From: Candidatus Cacconaster stercorequi
Lineage (GTDB): Bacteria; Bacillota; Clostridia; Oscillospirales; Oscillospiraceae
Reading direction: 5' to 3'
DNA: 64,000 bases
Assembly: GCA_018064925.1 (NCBI GenBank)
Contig: JAGHUH010000007.1
Location: forward strand, 6,861-70,860
Below the pieces are notes generated by a model. It saw only the letters and a program-made list of their open reading frames with translations, had not been told where the DNA came from and did not search any database. Within the stretch, counting starts at the first letter, position 1. The number at the start of each line of letters is the position of its first letter. The translations under genes and the position numbers were made by a program. Of this stretch, positions 1 through 10,900 are shown piece by piece.

Positions 1-224
1 GGAAGATTCCAATATTTCAACTGACGCTTCTGGCGTAAGCTGCGGGAAATTTTTCTTCACATTCAGCGCTTGATTGATGGGTCTTCTTTTCTTTTGCCCC
101 GAGCAATGTCGCAATCGCGTATTGACTTTTACACGATACCTATTATAATGTTGTAGGAAAGTTTTTCTTCTTTCCCACCACACGAAAACCAGCTTGCCAA
201 ATGGCGGCAGAAGGAGTTTTTACC

Positions 225-788
225 ATGGCTACTTATCCCATGACCGTGGCCGGTGTGCAGCGCGAGCTGCCCATCTGCAAAGTGACCGATGACCTGTATA
301 TCGGTGCATTCATCTGCTTCGGCGATGCCGAGCTGACCGTTGCCTGCGCCCGTGAGCTGCTCAAGCTCATCCCCGCCGAGGAATATGACTACATCTTTAC
401 CGCCGAGGCAAAGAGCATCCCCCTGATCCACGAGATGGCTCGTCAGTCCGGCGCCAAGAAGTATTTTATCGCCCGTAAGGGTCCCAAGGCCTATATGCCC
501 GACCCCATTTCCGTGGATGACCAGTCCATCACCACCGCCGGCGTACAGAAGCTGTATCTGGGCCGCGACGATGCCGATCTGATCCGCGGCAAGCGCATCC
601 TGATTATGGACGATGTGATCTCCACCGGCGGCAGCCTGCTGGCCATGGAGGCACTGGTGGCCGCAGCCGGCGGCACCGTAGCCGGCAAGATCGCCGTGCT
701 GGCCGAGGGCGGCGCCGCTGACCGCACGGACATCAAGTTTCTGGAAAAGCTGCCCGTGTTCAACGCCGACGGCACCGTAAAGGACTGA
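225..788 (+). CDS. purine/adenine phosphoribosyltransferase family protein
   Basis: PRPP-binding motif ILIMDDVISTGGS; AAGGAG RBS before ATG at 225. Confidence 0.85.
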   Translation: MATYPMTVAGVQRELPICKVTDDLYIGAFICFGDAELTVACARELLKLIPAEEYDYIFTAEAKSIPLIHEMARQSGAKKYFIARKGPKAYMPDPISVDDQSITTAGVQKLYLGRDDADLIRGKRILIMDDVISTGGSLLAMEALVAAAGGTVAGKIAVLAEGGAADRTDIKFLEKLPVFNADGTVKD

Positions 789-801
789 ATTGACCTGCCG
801 C

Positions 802-840
802 AAATTCCCTGACAGCACACCTGTCAGGGAATTCTTTTGT
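802..840 (+). terminator. rho-independent terminator
   Basis: AATTCCCTGACAG-cacac-CTGTCAGGGAATT followed by T tract. Confidence 0.8.
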
Positions 841-994
841 TTTCTTTTACCAAGTCTTACCTTTTCAGGATATCCAATTTATGGAAAAATCTGTTTTTTT
901 CTGAAAGCTGTTCACAATTCCTGCAAACTGTGGTACATTTATAATGAAAAAATGGTAGCATTTATCAATTCGCAACTTTCAGGAGGTCTTAACG

Positions 995-3238
995 ATGATT
1001 CAATTGACTGACCACGGTGTCTATCTGGTAAACGGCATCCCGCAGACGGATGCCCCCCTCTCCGCTGACGAAGCCCGGCGTGAGACCATGGCCTGGCAGA
1101 TCCTGCAGGCACATAACACCTCCGATGACCCCATGCAGCTTCGCGTCCGTTTTGATGCCATGGTGTCCCACGACATCACCTATGTCGGCATCATTCAGCA
1201 GGCTCGTGCCTCCGGTATGAAGGAGTTTCCCATTCCCTATGCCCTGACCAACTGTCACAATAGCCTGTGCGCCGTGGGCGGCACCATCAACGAGGATGAC
1301 CATATGTTCGGTCTGTCCGCCGCCAAGAAGTACGGCGGAATCTATGTGCCCGCCAACCAGAGCGTCATCCACTCCTACGCCCGGGAGGAGCTGGCCCGCT
1401 GCGGCGCCATGATTTTGGGCTCCGACTCCCATACCCGCTACGGTGCACTGGGCACCATGGCCGTGGGCGAGGGCGGTCCGGAATTGGCCAAGCAGCTTTT
1501 GAAAAACACATGGGATGTGCCCATGCCGCAGGTGGTGCTGGTCTATCTCACCGGCAAGCCCCGCCGGGGCGTCGGCCCCCACGATGTGGCCATCGCACTG
1601 GTGAAGGCCACCTTTGAAAGCGGCTTTGTCAACAACAAGGTGCTGGAATTCGTCGGTCCCGGCATCCGGGAACTTCCCATCGACTTCCGTAACGGCATTG
1701 ATGTGATGACCACGGAAACCACCTGCCTCAGCTCCATCTGGGAGACTGACGAGGTGACCCGCAGCTTCTACGAAATCCATCAGCGTCCGCAGGATTATCG
1801 GGAACTGCATCCCGGCAGAGTTGCCTACTATGACAAAATGATCACCATTGCATTGGACAAGGTGGAGCCCATGATCGCTCTGCCATTCCACCCCTCCAAC
1901 GCCTGGACGATCCACGAATTTCTGGACAACGCCGAGGAAATTCTCAAGAGCGTGGAGGCGGATGCCGCCAAGCGCTTCCCCAAGGCCAACATCCGTCTGA
2001 CCGACAAAATACACGACGGCGGTGTGTGGGCCGATCAGGGCATCATTGCTGGCTGCTCCGGCGGTCTGTTCGACAATATCACCGAGGCCGCCGACATCAT
2101 GCGCAACGGCTGCACCGGCAGCGGTGCATTCAACTTTTCCGTGTACCCCACCTCCGTTCCCGTATCACTGGAGCTGATGAAGGTGGGCGCCACCGCACAG
2201 CTGCTGCAAAGCGGCGCACTCATCAAGCCCAGCTTCTGTGGTCCCTGCTTCGGCGCCGGTGATGTACCTGCCAACAACGGACTCTCCCTGCGCCACACCA
2301 CCCGCAACTTCCCCAACCGCGAGGGCTCCAAGCCCGGTGAGGGGCAGTTTGCCGGCGTGTGCCTGATGGACGCCCGTTCTATCGCCGCCACCGCTCGCAA
2401 TGGCGGCAAGATCACCGCCGCCACCGATGTGGACTATGCGCCGGTGCACCATGACTATCATTTTGATAAGACCGTATACGAAAATCGCCTGTACTATGGC
2501 TTCGGCAAGGCCGATCCCAGCGTGGAACTGGTCATGGGACCCAACATCACCGACTGGCCCAAAATGTATGATCTGAGCGAAAACCTGCTGGTGGAGCTGG
2601 CCGCCGTCATCCATGATCCCGTCACCACCACCGACGAGCTGATCCCCTCCGGCGAGACCTCCTCCTATCGCTCCAATCCCCTGCGTCTGGCGGAGTTCAC
2701 CCTGTCCCGCCGGGTACCGGACTATGTGCCCCGCGCCAAGGCCATCGCCGCCATGGAAGCACAGCGCCGCAATGGCGAATGTCCCGCCGCACTGCGCGAG
2801 CTTCTCTCCCGCGTGGGCGATGCCGATGCGCTGATGAGCAATACCCAGTTCGGCTCCTGCGTGTTCGCCAACAAGCCCGGTGACGGTTCCGCCCGTGAAC
2901 AGGCCGCTTCCTGCCAGAAGGTACTGGGCGGCTTTGCCAACATCTGCTATACCTTCGCCACCAAGCGCTATCGCAGCAACTGCATCAACTGGGGCATCCT
3001 GCCCTTTACGCTGGATGAGGACACGCCCTTCCCCTACGAAACCGGCGACTGCGTGTTCGTCCCCGGCATCCGTCAGGCCATCGAGCAAGGCACGGAGGAT
3101 ATCCCCGCCAAGGTCATCCGCCAAAATGGCACCGTGGAGAGCATTCTCCTTCATGTTAAGGGGCTCACCGATGATGAAAAGGACATTCTGCTCTCCGGCT
3201 GTCTGATGAACTACTACGCCAAGCAGATGAAGGAGTAA
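995..3238 (+). CDS. aconitate hydratase (YbhJ-like hydratase)
   Basis: GSDSHT motif, Fe-S Cys motifs IAGCSGG and FCGPCFG, TRNFPNR, swivel domain GSAREQA; in operon with icd. Confidence 0.9.
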   Translation: MIQLTDHGVYLVNGIPQTDAPLSADEARRETMAWQILQAHNTSDDPMQLRVRFDAMVSHDITYVGIIQQARASGMKEFPIPYALTNCHNSLCAVGGTINEDDHMFGLSAAKKYGGIYVPANQSVIHSYAREELARCGAMILGSDSHTRYGALGTMAVGEGGPELAKQLLKNTWDVPMPQVVLVYLTGKPRRGVGPHDVAIALVKATFESGFVNNKVLEFVGPGIRELPIDFRNGIDVMTTETTCLSSIWETDEVTRSFYEIHQRPQDYRELHPGRVAYYDKMITIALDKVEPMIALPFHPSNAWTIHEFLDNAEEILKSVEADAAKRFPKANIRLTDKIHDGGVWADQGIIAGCSGGLFDNITEAADIMRNGCTGSGAFNFSVYPTSVPVSLELMKVGATAQLLQSGALIKPSFCGPCFGAGDVPANNGLSLRHTTRNFPNREGSKPGEGQFAGVCLMDARSIAATARNGGKITAATDVDYAPVHHDYHFDKTVYENRLYYGFGKADPSVELVMGPNITDWPKMYDLSENLLVELAAVIHDPVTTTDELIPSGETSSYRSNPLRLAEFTLSRRVPDYVPRAKAIAAMEAQRRNGECPAALRELLSRVGDADALMSNTQFGSCVFANKPGDGSAREQAASCQKVLGGFANICYTFATKRYRSNCINWGILPFTLDEDTPFPYETGDCVFVPGIRQAIEQGTEDIPAKVIRQNGTVESILLHVKGLTDDEKDILLSGCLMNYYAKQMKE

Positions 3239-3251
3239 GGAGGCATCACCC

Positions 3252-4463
3252 ATGGAAAAAATCAAAATGCACACGCCGCTGGTGGAGATGGACGGCGATG
3301 AAATGACCCGCATCCTGTGGCAGATGATCAAGGATGAGTTGATCCTGCCCTTTGTGGAGCTGAAAACGGAATACTATGATCTGGGTCTGCTGCACCGCAA
3401 CGAGACCCGCGATCAGGTCACCGTGGATGCCGCTAACGCAACGCGCCGTCTGGGCGTTGCTGTAAAGTGCGCTACCATTACACCGAATAAACAGCGCATG
3501 GAGGAGTATCCCCAGCTGACCGAGATGTGGAAAAGTCCCAACGGCACCATCCGCTCCATTCTGGACGGCACCGTGTTCCGTGCCCCCATCCTGATCGACT
3601 CCATTCACCCTGTGGTGAAGAATTGGAAAAAGCCCATTACCATTGCCCGTCACGCCTACGGCGATGTCTACAAAAGTGTGGACATGGTCACCAATGAACC
3701 GGGCACCTGCACCATGACTTTCCACGGCGAGAGCGGCGCAGAGCGGACACTGACCGTGCAGACGGTGGACGGCCCCGCCGTGTGGCAGGGCGCCCACAAC
3801 AAGGAAAAAAGCATCCGCTCCTTTGCCCGCGCCTGCTTCCAGTACGCCATTGATACCCGTCAGGATCTCTGGTTTTCCACCAAGGACACCATTGCCAAGA
3901 TCTATGACGGCGAATTCAAGAAGGTGTTCGAGGAGGAATTTGAGACCTACCAAGCAAAATTCGAGGAACTGGGCATCACCTATTTCTATACCCTCATCGA
4001 CGATGCCGTGGCACGCGTCATTCGCAGTGAGGGCGGCTTCATCTGGGCCTGCAAGAACTATGACGGGGATGTGATGAGCGACATGGTGTCCACCGCCTTC
4101 GGCTCGCTGGCCATGATGACCAGCGTGTTGGTGGCACCCGACGGCACCACCGAATTCGAGGCCGCCCACGGCACCGTCACCAAGCATTACTATAAGCACC
4201 TGCAGGGCGAGGCCACCTCCACCAATCCCATGGCCACCATCTTTGCCTGGTCCGGCGCTCTGCGCAAGCGCGGACAATTGGACGGCCTTGCTGATCTGGC
4301 CGCTTTTGCCGACAAACTGGAGCAGGCCTGCTTTGACACACTGCGTGAGGGCATCATGACCAAGGATCTGGTAGGTCTGGTGGACGAGGGAACGCCCGTC
4401 ACTGCCGTCACCAGTGCCGCGTTCATTGCCGCCATTCGCAGCCATCTGGAGAAGGAGGTCTGA
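3252..4463 (+). CDS. icd: NADP-dependent isocitrate dehydrogenase
   Basis: MDGDEMTR, KCATITP, SPNGTIR, NYDGDVMSD and EAAHGTV motifs. Confidence 0.95.
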   Translation: MEKIKMHTPLVEMDGDEMTRILWQMIKDELILPFVELKTEYYDLGLLHRNETRDQVTVDAANATRRLGVAVKCATITPNKQRMEEYPQLTEMWKSPNGTIRSILDGTVFRAPILIDSIHPVVKNWKKPITIARHAYGDVYKSVDMVTNEPGTCTMTFHGESGAERTLTVQTVDGPAVWQGAHNKEKSIRSFARACFQYAIDTRQDLWFSTKDTIAKIYDGEFKKVFEEEFETYQAKFEELGITYFYTLIDDAVARVIRSEGGFIWACKNYDGDVMSDMVSTAFGSLAMMTSVLVAPDGTTEFEAAHGTVTKHYYKHLQGEATSTNPMATIFAWSGALRKRGQLDGLADLAAFADKLEQACFDTLREGIMTKDLVGLVDEGTPVTAVTSAAFIAAIRSHLEKEV

Positions 4464-4466
4464 ACC

Positions 4467-5030
4467 GTGGAACCCGCAAAGCTGTTAGATGTCCTGCATC
4501 TGGCGGAACAGCTGAAAGATACTACCCGCCACGCCTACACCACCAATGGGCGGCACGAAAGCGTTGCCGAGCATAGCTGGCGCATCACGCTGTTTGCTTA
4601 TTTCCTGCGGGATGAGTTTCCGGAACTGGATATGGATAAGGTGCTGCGGATGTGCCTGATCCACGATCTGGGCGAGTGCTTCACCGGCGACATTCCCTCC
4701 TTTGAAAAGACCGCCGCCGATACCGCCCGGGAGGACAACGCCCTGCTGGACTGGGTTGCCTCCCTTCCCGCCCCGTACAGCGCCGATATGGCGGCGCTGT
4801 ATGCCGAGATGGACGCGCTTCAGACGCCGGAGGCCAAGCTATACAAGGCACTGGACAAGCTGGAGGCGGTCATTCAGCACAACGAGTCCCCGTTGGATAC
4901 CTGGATTCCGCTGGAGTACGAGCTGAATTTGACTTACGGCAATGAAAATGTGGCGCACTCCCCGTACCTCACCGAGTTGCGCAGGGCAATTCTGAACGAA
5001 ACCGAGAAAAAGCTGCAAGAGTGCATTTAG
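4467..5030 (+). CDS. HD-domain phosphohydrolase (YfbR/HDDC2-like)
   Basis: ESVAEHSWR and MCLIHDLGE..TGD motifs, DKLE. Confidence 0.85.
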   Translation: MEPAKLLDVLHLAEQLKDTTRHAYTTNGRHESVAEHSWRITLFAYFLRDEFPELDMDKVLRMCLIHDLGECFTGDIPSFEKTAADTAREDNALLDWVASLPAPYSADMAALYAEMDALQTPEAKLYKALDKLEAVIQHNESPLDTWIPLEYELNLTYGNENVAHSPYLTELRRAILNETEKKLQECI

Positions 5031-5039
5031 CGAAGCATC

Positions 5040-5076
5040 ACAGCCCCGCAGAGTCGAAACGCTCTGCGGGGCTGTC
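5040..5076 (+). terminator. GC-rich stem-loop after the acn-icd-HD operon
   Basis: ACAGCCCCGCAGAG...CTCTGCGGGGCTGT inverted repeat; weak U tract. Confidence 0.6.
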
Positions 5077-5114
5077 TGAATGGAAAATATTTTTTGTTTT
5101 TCCCAAAAAAGTAC

Positions 5115-5142
5115 TTGCAGTTTTCAAAGAAGATGCTATAAT
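5115..5142 (+). promoter_or_regulatory. sigma-A promoter of the tRNA operon
   Basis: TTGCAG, 16-nt spacer ending in TGC, then TATAAT. Confidence 0.65.
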
Positions 5143-5155
5143 AATTGTGTTGTTG

Positions 5156-5189
5156 ATATGCACCATTAGCTCAGTTGGTAGAGCACCTG
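5156..5189 (+). repeat. 34-bp direct repeat of the tRNA-Lys 5' part (copy of 5315-5348)
   Basis: ATATGCACCATTAGCTCAGTTGGTAGAGCACCTG identical at 5156 and 5315; no T-arm follows the first copy. Confidence 0.9.
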
Positions 5190-5318
5190 TTTCGGCTTGC
5201 ACCGAATACCTTGATGTGCCACCCGCTCGCCGCTTACGCGGCAACCGCGTGTGATGCACAAAGAGTCAGGTGCCGTACCTTTCCGCAGCGAAGGAAATGC
5301 AGGATAACCAAGCAATAT

Positions 5319-5394
5319 GCACCATTAGCTCAGTTGGTAGAGCACCTGACTCTTAATCAGGGTGTCCAGGGTTCGAGTCCCTGATGGTGTACCA
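5319..5394 (+). tRNA. tRNA-Lys(CTT)
   Basis: 76-nt cloverleaf; anticodon arm CCTGA-CTCTTAA-TCAGG; GGTTCGAGTCC T-arm; encoded CCA. Confidence 0.97.
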
Positions 5395-5438
5395 TAACAA
5401 ATTGCGGTACGCAAAAGCGTGCCGCAATTTGCGAATAT

Positions 5439-5513
5439 GGCCCGTTGGTCAAGTGGTTAAGACAGAGGCCTCTCACGCCTTTAACATCGGTTCGAATCCG
5501 GTACGGGTCACCA
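5439..5513 (+). tRNA. tRNA-Glu(CTC)
   Basis: 75-nt cloverleaf; anticodon arm GAGGC-CTCTCAC-GCCTT; GGTTCGAATCC; CCA end. Confidence 0.95.
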
Positions 5514-5593
5514 ATCCCCCTCCGCAAATGCGGAGGGGATTTTTCTATCCACAGCAGAAAACCGATCATCCACAAGTGATGATCGGTTTTTTT
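5513..5593. terminator. two terminator hairpins between the tRNA operon and convergent yigZ
   Basis: ATCCCC(C)TCCGCA-AA-TGCGGAGGGGAT-TTTT and AAAACCGATCATC...GATGATCGGTTTT. Confidence 0.75.
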
Positions 5594-6234
5594 CATATTT
5601 CTTCTCTGGGGCCGGGGCGGCTCACCTGTCCCGTTACGGTCATGGTCATCCCGCCGGCGGACAGCTCCGTCAGCCGCTTTTGCAGCGCTTCCGTCTGCGC
5701 AAGCGGGAGGGACACCCGCAGCAAAATGTCCGCGCCGTAGGCCACATCGTCGATGATGCCCTCCTTGGCGGCAATTTCCAGCTTCACCCGCTCCAAAAGC
5801 GGATAGGTGCAGGGGATCTCCGCCTGCGCCCAGATGCCCACCGTGGCCGCACCTGCCGCCGTCAGCGTGTCCTTGGCGCTGCGGCTGTATGCCCGGGTCA
5901 GGCCGCCGGCACCCAGCAGAATACCGCCGAAATACCGCGTCACCACGCAGCAGACATTGGTGACATTCTCCCGCTGAAACACCTTCAGCATCGGCTGCCC
6001 CGCCGTACCCTGCGGCTCGCCGTCGTCGCTGTAGCGCAGCACATTGTCTCCCAGCAGATAGCACCAGCAGTTGTGCCGGGCATCGTAGTATTGGGACTTC
6101 ATGGCTTTGATATGACCCTGCGCTTCTTCTTCGCTGTCTACCGGCCAGATATGGCCGATAAAACGGGAGCGCTTTTCCACAAACTCCGCCTGGGCCGCCT
6201 CAAACGGCACGCGGAATGCCTTTACATCTCCCAT
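5593..6234 (-). CDS. yigZ: YigZ/IMPACT family protein
   Basis: EKRSRFIG, ARHNCWCY, SDDGEPQGTAG, VVTRYFGGILLGAGGL; start uncertain. Confidence 0.9.
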   Translation of the reverse strand: MGDVKAFRVPFEAAQAEFVEKRSRFIGHIWPVDSEEEAQGHIKAMKSQYYDARHNCWCYLLGDNVLRYSDDGEPQGTAGQPMLKVFQRENVTNVCCVVTRYFGGILLGAGGLTRAYSRSAKDTLTAAGAATVGIWAQAEIPCTYPLLERVKLEIAAKEGIIDDVAYGADILLRVSLPLAQTEALQKRLTELSAGGMTMTVTGQVSRPGPREEI

Positions 6235-7523
6235 TCCTCTTTTTCCTCCGTCCAGCCTTCGATATACTCCTTGATCTGTCCCATGATTCTGGGCGTACAC
6301 ACCGCCACCACATCCATGGTTTCGCCGTATTCCACACTTTCCACCTTGGCCTCGCGGTACAGGTTATCCAGCATACCCGCCTTGTCATAGGGCAGATGGA
6401 TCACACAGCGGCGCGTGCCCTTATCGAGCTTTTTGTCAATGGCCTCCAGCAGACGGTCAACGCCCTCGCCGGTCTTGGCAGACAGCGACACCGCGTCCTC
6501 CTCTTTTGGCCACTCACCGGTGAACGCCAGATCCGCCTTGTTGTACACCCGAATACAGGGAATGTGGTCGGAGTGCAGCTCACGGATCAGGTTATCCACG
6601 ATCTGCGCCTGCTGACGCCACTGGGAATGAGATGCGTCGATGACATGCACCAGTAGATCGGCGTACTCCAATTCCTCCAGCGTGGCCTTGAATGCCTCCA
6701 CCAGCTGATGCGGCAGCTTGCGGATGAAACCGACGGTATCGGAAATCACCACATCCAGCGTGTCGCTGACCGTCAGAAGGCGGGTGGTGGTGTCCAGCGT
6801 ATCAAACAGGCGGTTGTTGGCAGGAATACCGGCGCCGGTGATGGCGTTGAGCAGCGTGGACTTGCCGGCATTGGTATAACCCACGATGGCCACTACGGGG
6901 ATTTCATTTTTCATGCGGCGTGCCCGCTGGGTGCCCCGGACGCGGCGCACTTCCTCCAGCTCCGCCTTCAGCTTGTCGATCTTCCGGTGGATGTGACGGC
7001 GGTCGGTCTCCAATTGCGTTTCGCCGGGGCCTTTGGAGCCGATGGGTCCCTTGCCGCTGGTACCGGCCTGACGCTCCAGATGTGTCCACATACCAATCAG
7101 GCGGGGCAGCAGATATTGATACTGCGCCAGCTCTACCTGCAAGCAGCCCTCTTTCGTCTTGGCGCGCTGGGCAAAGATGTCCAAAATGAGGCCGCTGCGG
7201 TCAATGACCTGCACGCCCAGTAGTTCCGTCAGTACGCGGATCTGGGACGGGCTCAGGTCATTGTCGAAGATCACCATGGTGGCACTTTCCTCGTCCACCA
7301 TGCGCTTGACCTCCTCCACCTTGCCCTCGCCAATGAAGCTGTGGGGATCGGGCTTATCGCGGCTCTGCAAAATAGAGCCCACCGCCTCGCCGCCGGCGGT
7401 GTCCACCAGCGCCGCCAGCTCGGTCATGCTCTCCTCGTCGGCGTTATCCTCACGCAGCACCGGGGAGCGCAAACCTACCAGCACCGCATAATCTCTTTTC
7501 TTTTCCGTCTGTTCCATAGGCAT
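6222..7523 (-). CDS. hflX: GTPase HflX
   Basis: GPGETQLETDRR, VGYTNAGKSTL, LFDTLD, DTVGFI, NKAD. Confidence 0.97.
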   Translation of the reverse strand: MPMEQTEKKRDYAVLVGLRSPVLREDNADEESMTELAALVDTAGGEAVGSILQSRDKPDPHSFIGEGKVEEVKRMVDEESATMVIFDNDLSPSQIRVLTELLGVQVIDRSGLILDIFAQRAKTKEGCLQVELAQYQYLLPRLIGMWTHLERQAGTSGKGPIGSKGPGETQLETDRRHIHRKIDKLKAELEEVRRVRGTQRARRMKNEIPVVAIVGYTNAGKSTLLNAITGAGIPANNRLFDTLDTTTRLLTVSDTLDVVISDTVGFIRKLPHQLVEAFKATLEELEYADLLVHVIDASHSQWRQQAQIVDNLIRELHSDHIPCIRVYNKADLAFTGEWPKEEDAVSLSAKTGEGVDRLLEAIDKKLDKGTRRCVIHLPYDKAGMLDNLYREAKVESVEYGETMDVVAVCTPRIMGQIKEYIEGWTEEKEEWEM

Positions 7524-7583
7524 CCTCGCTTATCGGCAGATTATTTGAATGATTTATTATACCGTAGTTTTCCCAAAATGTAA

Positions 7584-7616
7584 AACAAAACCCGTATCGA
7601 AAGATACGGGTTTTGT
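7584..7616 (-). terminator. terminator after rpmE
   Basis: ACAAAACCCGTATC-GAAA-GATACGGGTTTTGT. Confidence 0.75.
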
Positions 7617-7626
7617 AAAGTGTCTT

Positions 7627-7830
7627 TTACTTGTCAAAGCCAAAGCGCTTGTTGAACTTGGCGACACGACCGCCGGTATCGACCAGCTTCTGCTTGCCGG
7701 TGAAGAACGGGTGACACTTAGAGCAGACTTCCACGCGAATATCCTTCTTCGTAGAACCTGTCTCAATCACATTACCGCAGGCGCATTTGATAGTAGTCTG
7801 CTGATAATTGGGATGGATTCCTTCCTTCAT
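7627..7830 (-). CDS. rpmE: 50S ribosomal protein L31 (Zn-binding type)
   Basis: [27 protein letters not shown]. Confidence 0.97.
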   Translation of the reverse strand: MKEGIHPNYQQTTIKCACGNVIETGSTKKDIRVEVCSKCHPFFTGKQKLVDTGGRVAKFNKRFGFDK

Positions 7831-7925
7831 TGCTCTTGTTCACCCCTTCCTGGTTCAATCGTCGCCTGTGAGAAACCCACAAACGCAACTGTGATATTAC
7901 CACACATTGCCGCAGATTGCAAGAG

Positions 7926-10900
7926 TTATTTTAATAAAATTTCCGTTTCCGTGGCAAAAAAGTACAAAATCTTCTCCTTCACCGGCATCTCCAGCACCTG
8001 ACTCAACGCTCGGGCGTAGGCATCCAACTGCGGACGGTAGTGCTCCGCCCGTTCCGCCTCCTGCCCGGGGCGGATATGATCCGTCTTGAAGTCCACGATG
8101 ACCAGTCCGCCGTCCGTCTCAAAGGCACAGTCCACCACGCCCTGCAGCATCATTTCCTCGTCCTCCACGCCGCCCTCATACAGCGAGGCGGGCACCAGCA
8201 GGGCAAAGCGATACTCCCGGTAGACCTTGCAGCTCCGCCGGATGCGTTCCATCAGCGGCGATGACAGCAGTTTTTCAATAGCGGCACAGTCAACAGCCGC
8301 CGCCTGCTCCGGCGTCAGGAGTCTGCGCTCCGTCATTGCCTGCACCTGTTCGGCCGCCGGAGCATCGCTGTCAAAATTCAGATGCTCCATCACCAGGTGC
8401 ATGGCTGTACCCCTTTCCGCCGCGGACAGTCCGGTGCGCCCTGTCAGGAATTTCGGCTTTTCAAAGGAGATCTCCCGCCGATGCGGTATGGCACCCTCGG
8501 CGATCTCTCGATCCGCCTCCCGGCCCTTCAACTGTGTGGCGGTGATCTTCGTGGGGATGCCGCAGGCTCTTTGATGCGCGTAGACCCGCTCCAGCACCGA
8601 CGGGTCGAAGGCTGCGTCCTCCCCCGCATCTTCGGCGGGTACTTCCGCTTTCCTTATTTCACCGCGTACTGGATTTTCCCACAGGGAGACCTGCCAGCCG
8701 CCCTCCGTGCTGACCCGGACGCCGCTGTCCATCTCCGCCCATCGCCGCAGAACTTCCCCCTCCTGCGTACACAGCAGTGGCAGCAGCAGCCAGTCACCCA
8801 TACACTTGGCGCTGTTTACCGCCTCCGGCGGCATGGGGATATCCGCGATGCTGATGAGATTGCGAAGATGCGTACGGGCAAATTTCATGCAATCCACCAA
8901 AATCAGCTTCTCCTTGGCGCGCGTCATGGCCACATAGAGAATGCGCATTTCCTCGGCCATGTTTTCCCGCCGCAGCAGCAGCTCCGCCGCCATCTTGGAC
9001 ACCGTGTCATAGCGGATATGGCGCTTGCGATCCACACACTCCGTGCCGAAGCCCAGCTTGGGATGCACCAGCACCGGGCGCTTGAAATCATCCGTATTAA
9101 AATTCTTCTGCAAGTCCGCTAAAATGACCACCGGGAACTCCAGCCCCTTGGAGCTGTGGATGCTCATGATGCGCACACCACCGCCGCTCTGCCGGGCGGC
9201 AATAGCGGGCTGCTTATCCCGCTCCAACATCCGGCGCAGCTGCGTGACAAAGTCAAATACTCGGCCGGAGGACGGTTGCGTTCCCGCATAATTACACAGC
9301 GCAATCAGATTGTTGCGCCGCTGCTGTCCGCCGTCCATCGCGCCGAAAATCCCCAACACATGACAGGTATTGTAGATGTGCCACAAAAGACGGTCTGCCG
9401 GCATCTCCCGCGCCGCGTCCCGCAGCTCGTCCAGCGTGTCGCGGAATGCGGCGGCGTCTTCTCGCTCATCAAGACACAGCGCATCGTAGAAGTCACCTGT
9501 CGCAGACAATGCCCGGATCTCCGCCAGACGATCCGGCGTGAAGCCGAACAGCGGCGAGCGCAGCACAGAGATCAGTGGCACATCCTGACGCGGATTGTCG
9601 ATGATCTGCAAAAAGGAGAACATCACCGCGATCTCCATGGTGGCAAAGAAGTTTTCGCTTTCGCCGCTGCTGCATGGAATATTCTCTTGTTCCAAAGCGT
9701 GTGTAAAGGCATTTAGCCTTGCACGCGGAGAGCGCATCAGGATCACAATATCCTCCGGCTCCATCGCCCGGAGCTGTCCGTCCGCGCCCTGCACGGGATA
9801 CTTTTCATCCAGCAACTCCCGAATCCGGTGCGCCACGAAGCGTGCCTCCACCTCGGTACGGTCAAACTGCTCCTCCTCGGTGTTCTCCACGCTGACAAGA
9901 TGGAACTCGGTATCCGTATCCGTGCGCGGAAGATAATACGACGCACCGAAATGCAGCGCCTCCTCCTCGCCATACTCCATCTCCCCCATTTCCCGGGACA
10001 TCATGTGGCGGAACACGAAATTTGTGGCAGACAACACGGACTGTCGGGAGCGGAAATTCTGACTCAGCAGCACGCGACGAGGCGTTCCATCCGGCTGCGG
10101 TGCATCCGCATATTCTGTATATTTTTCCAAAAAGATCGTAGGGTCTGCCAGACGGAAACGATAAATGCTCTGCTTCACATCGCCCACGGCAAATAGATTT
10201 TGTTCCTGCTTGGAGACGGCGGAAAAAATGCAGTTCTGCACGGCGTTGGTGTCCTGATACTCGTCCACCATGATCTCACGGTAGCGGGAGGCCACCTGCT
10301 GTGCCAGTTCCGTGGGATGCCCCTGGTCATCCCGCAAAATTCCGATGGCGTAGTGCTCCTGATCGGAAAAATCCATGACATTGCGCCGCACCTTTTCCCG
10401 CTGATAGGCATCGGAAAAATCGCCGATCAGCCGGATCAGCGCCAGCATGGCGGGCGCCATCTCCTCCAGATCCGCCAGATATTCCTCCTGCGACACCTGA
10501 TAGATGGCGCTCATTTTTTTCAGTTCCGTCTTGCACTGCTTCAGCAGTACCTGCGCCTGCTCCTTATAGGCGGCGTTTTCCTCGCCCCGCACGCTTCCCA
10601 TTCTGCGGAATACCGGGGTGATCTCGCCCATGGCGTCCCAACTATCCGCCCACTCATAGGCGCGAAGCTGCTCCGCCGTTTCCAGAAAGCGATCGGCGTA
10701 TGCATTGTAGACTGCAGGGCAATCTGCCATCTGCTCCGCGGCGCGTGTCAGGCGCTCACGCCAGAAAGCGGCCTTGCGGCGCGTATCGTCCACAATCACC
10801 TTACCGTAACTGCTGTTCAAGAGGTCATCCGGCAGGTTTTCCCAACTCTCGCGCACTTGCGCCAGATAGTCCATGGGATAAGGATGGCTCTGGATCTTAT

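Noticed and set aside
989-4445. Long antisense ORFs opposite acn/icd, and similarly 10200-11984, 16646-18361, 39828-41456, 45580-47928, 50257-52089, 52558-54129
   Set aside because: Shadow ORFs expected opposite GC-rich genes; they have no motifs and fully overlap well-supported genes.
5160-5314. Second tRNA-Lys or intron-containing tRNA
   Set aside because: No T-arm (GTTCRA) or 3' acceptor strand follows the partial copy, and the insert is too short for a group I intron.
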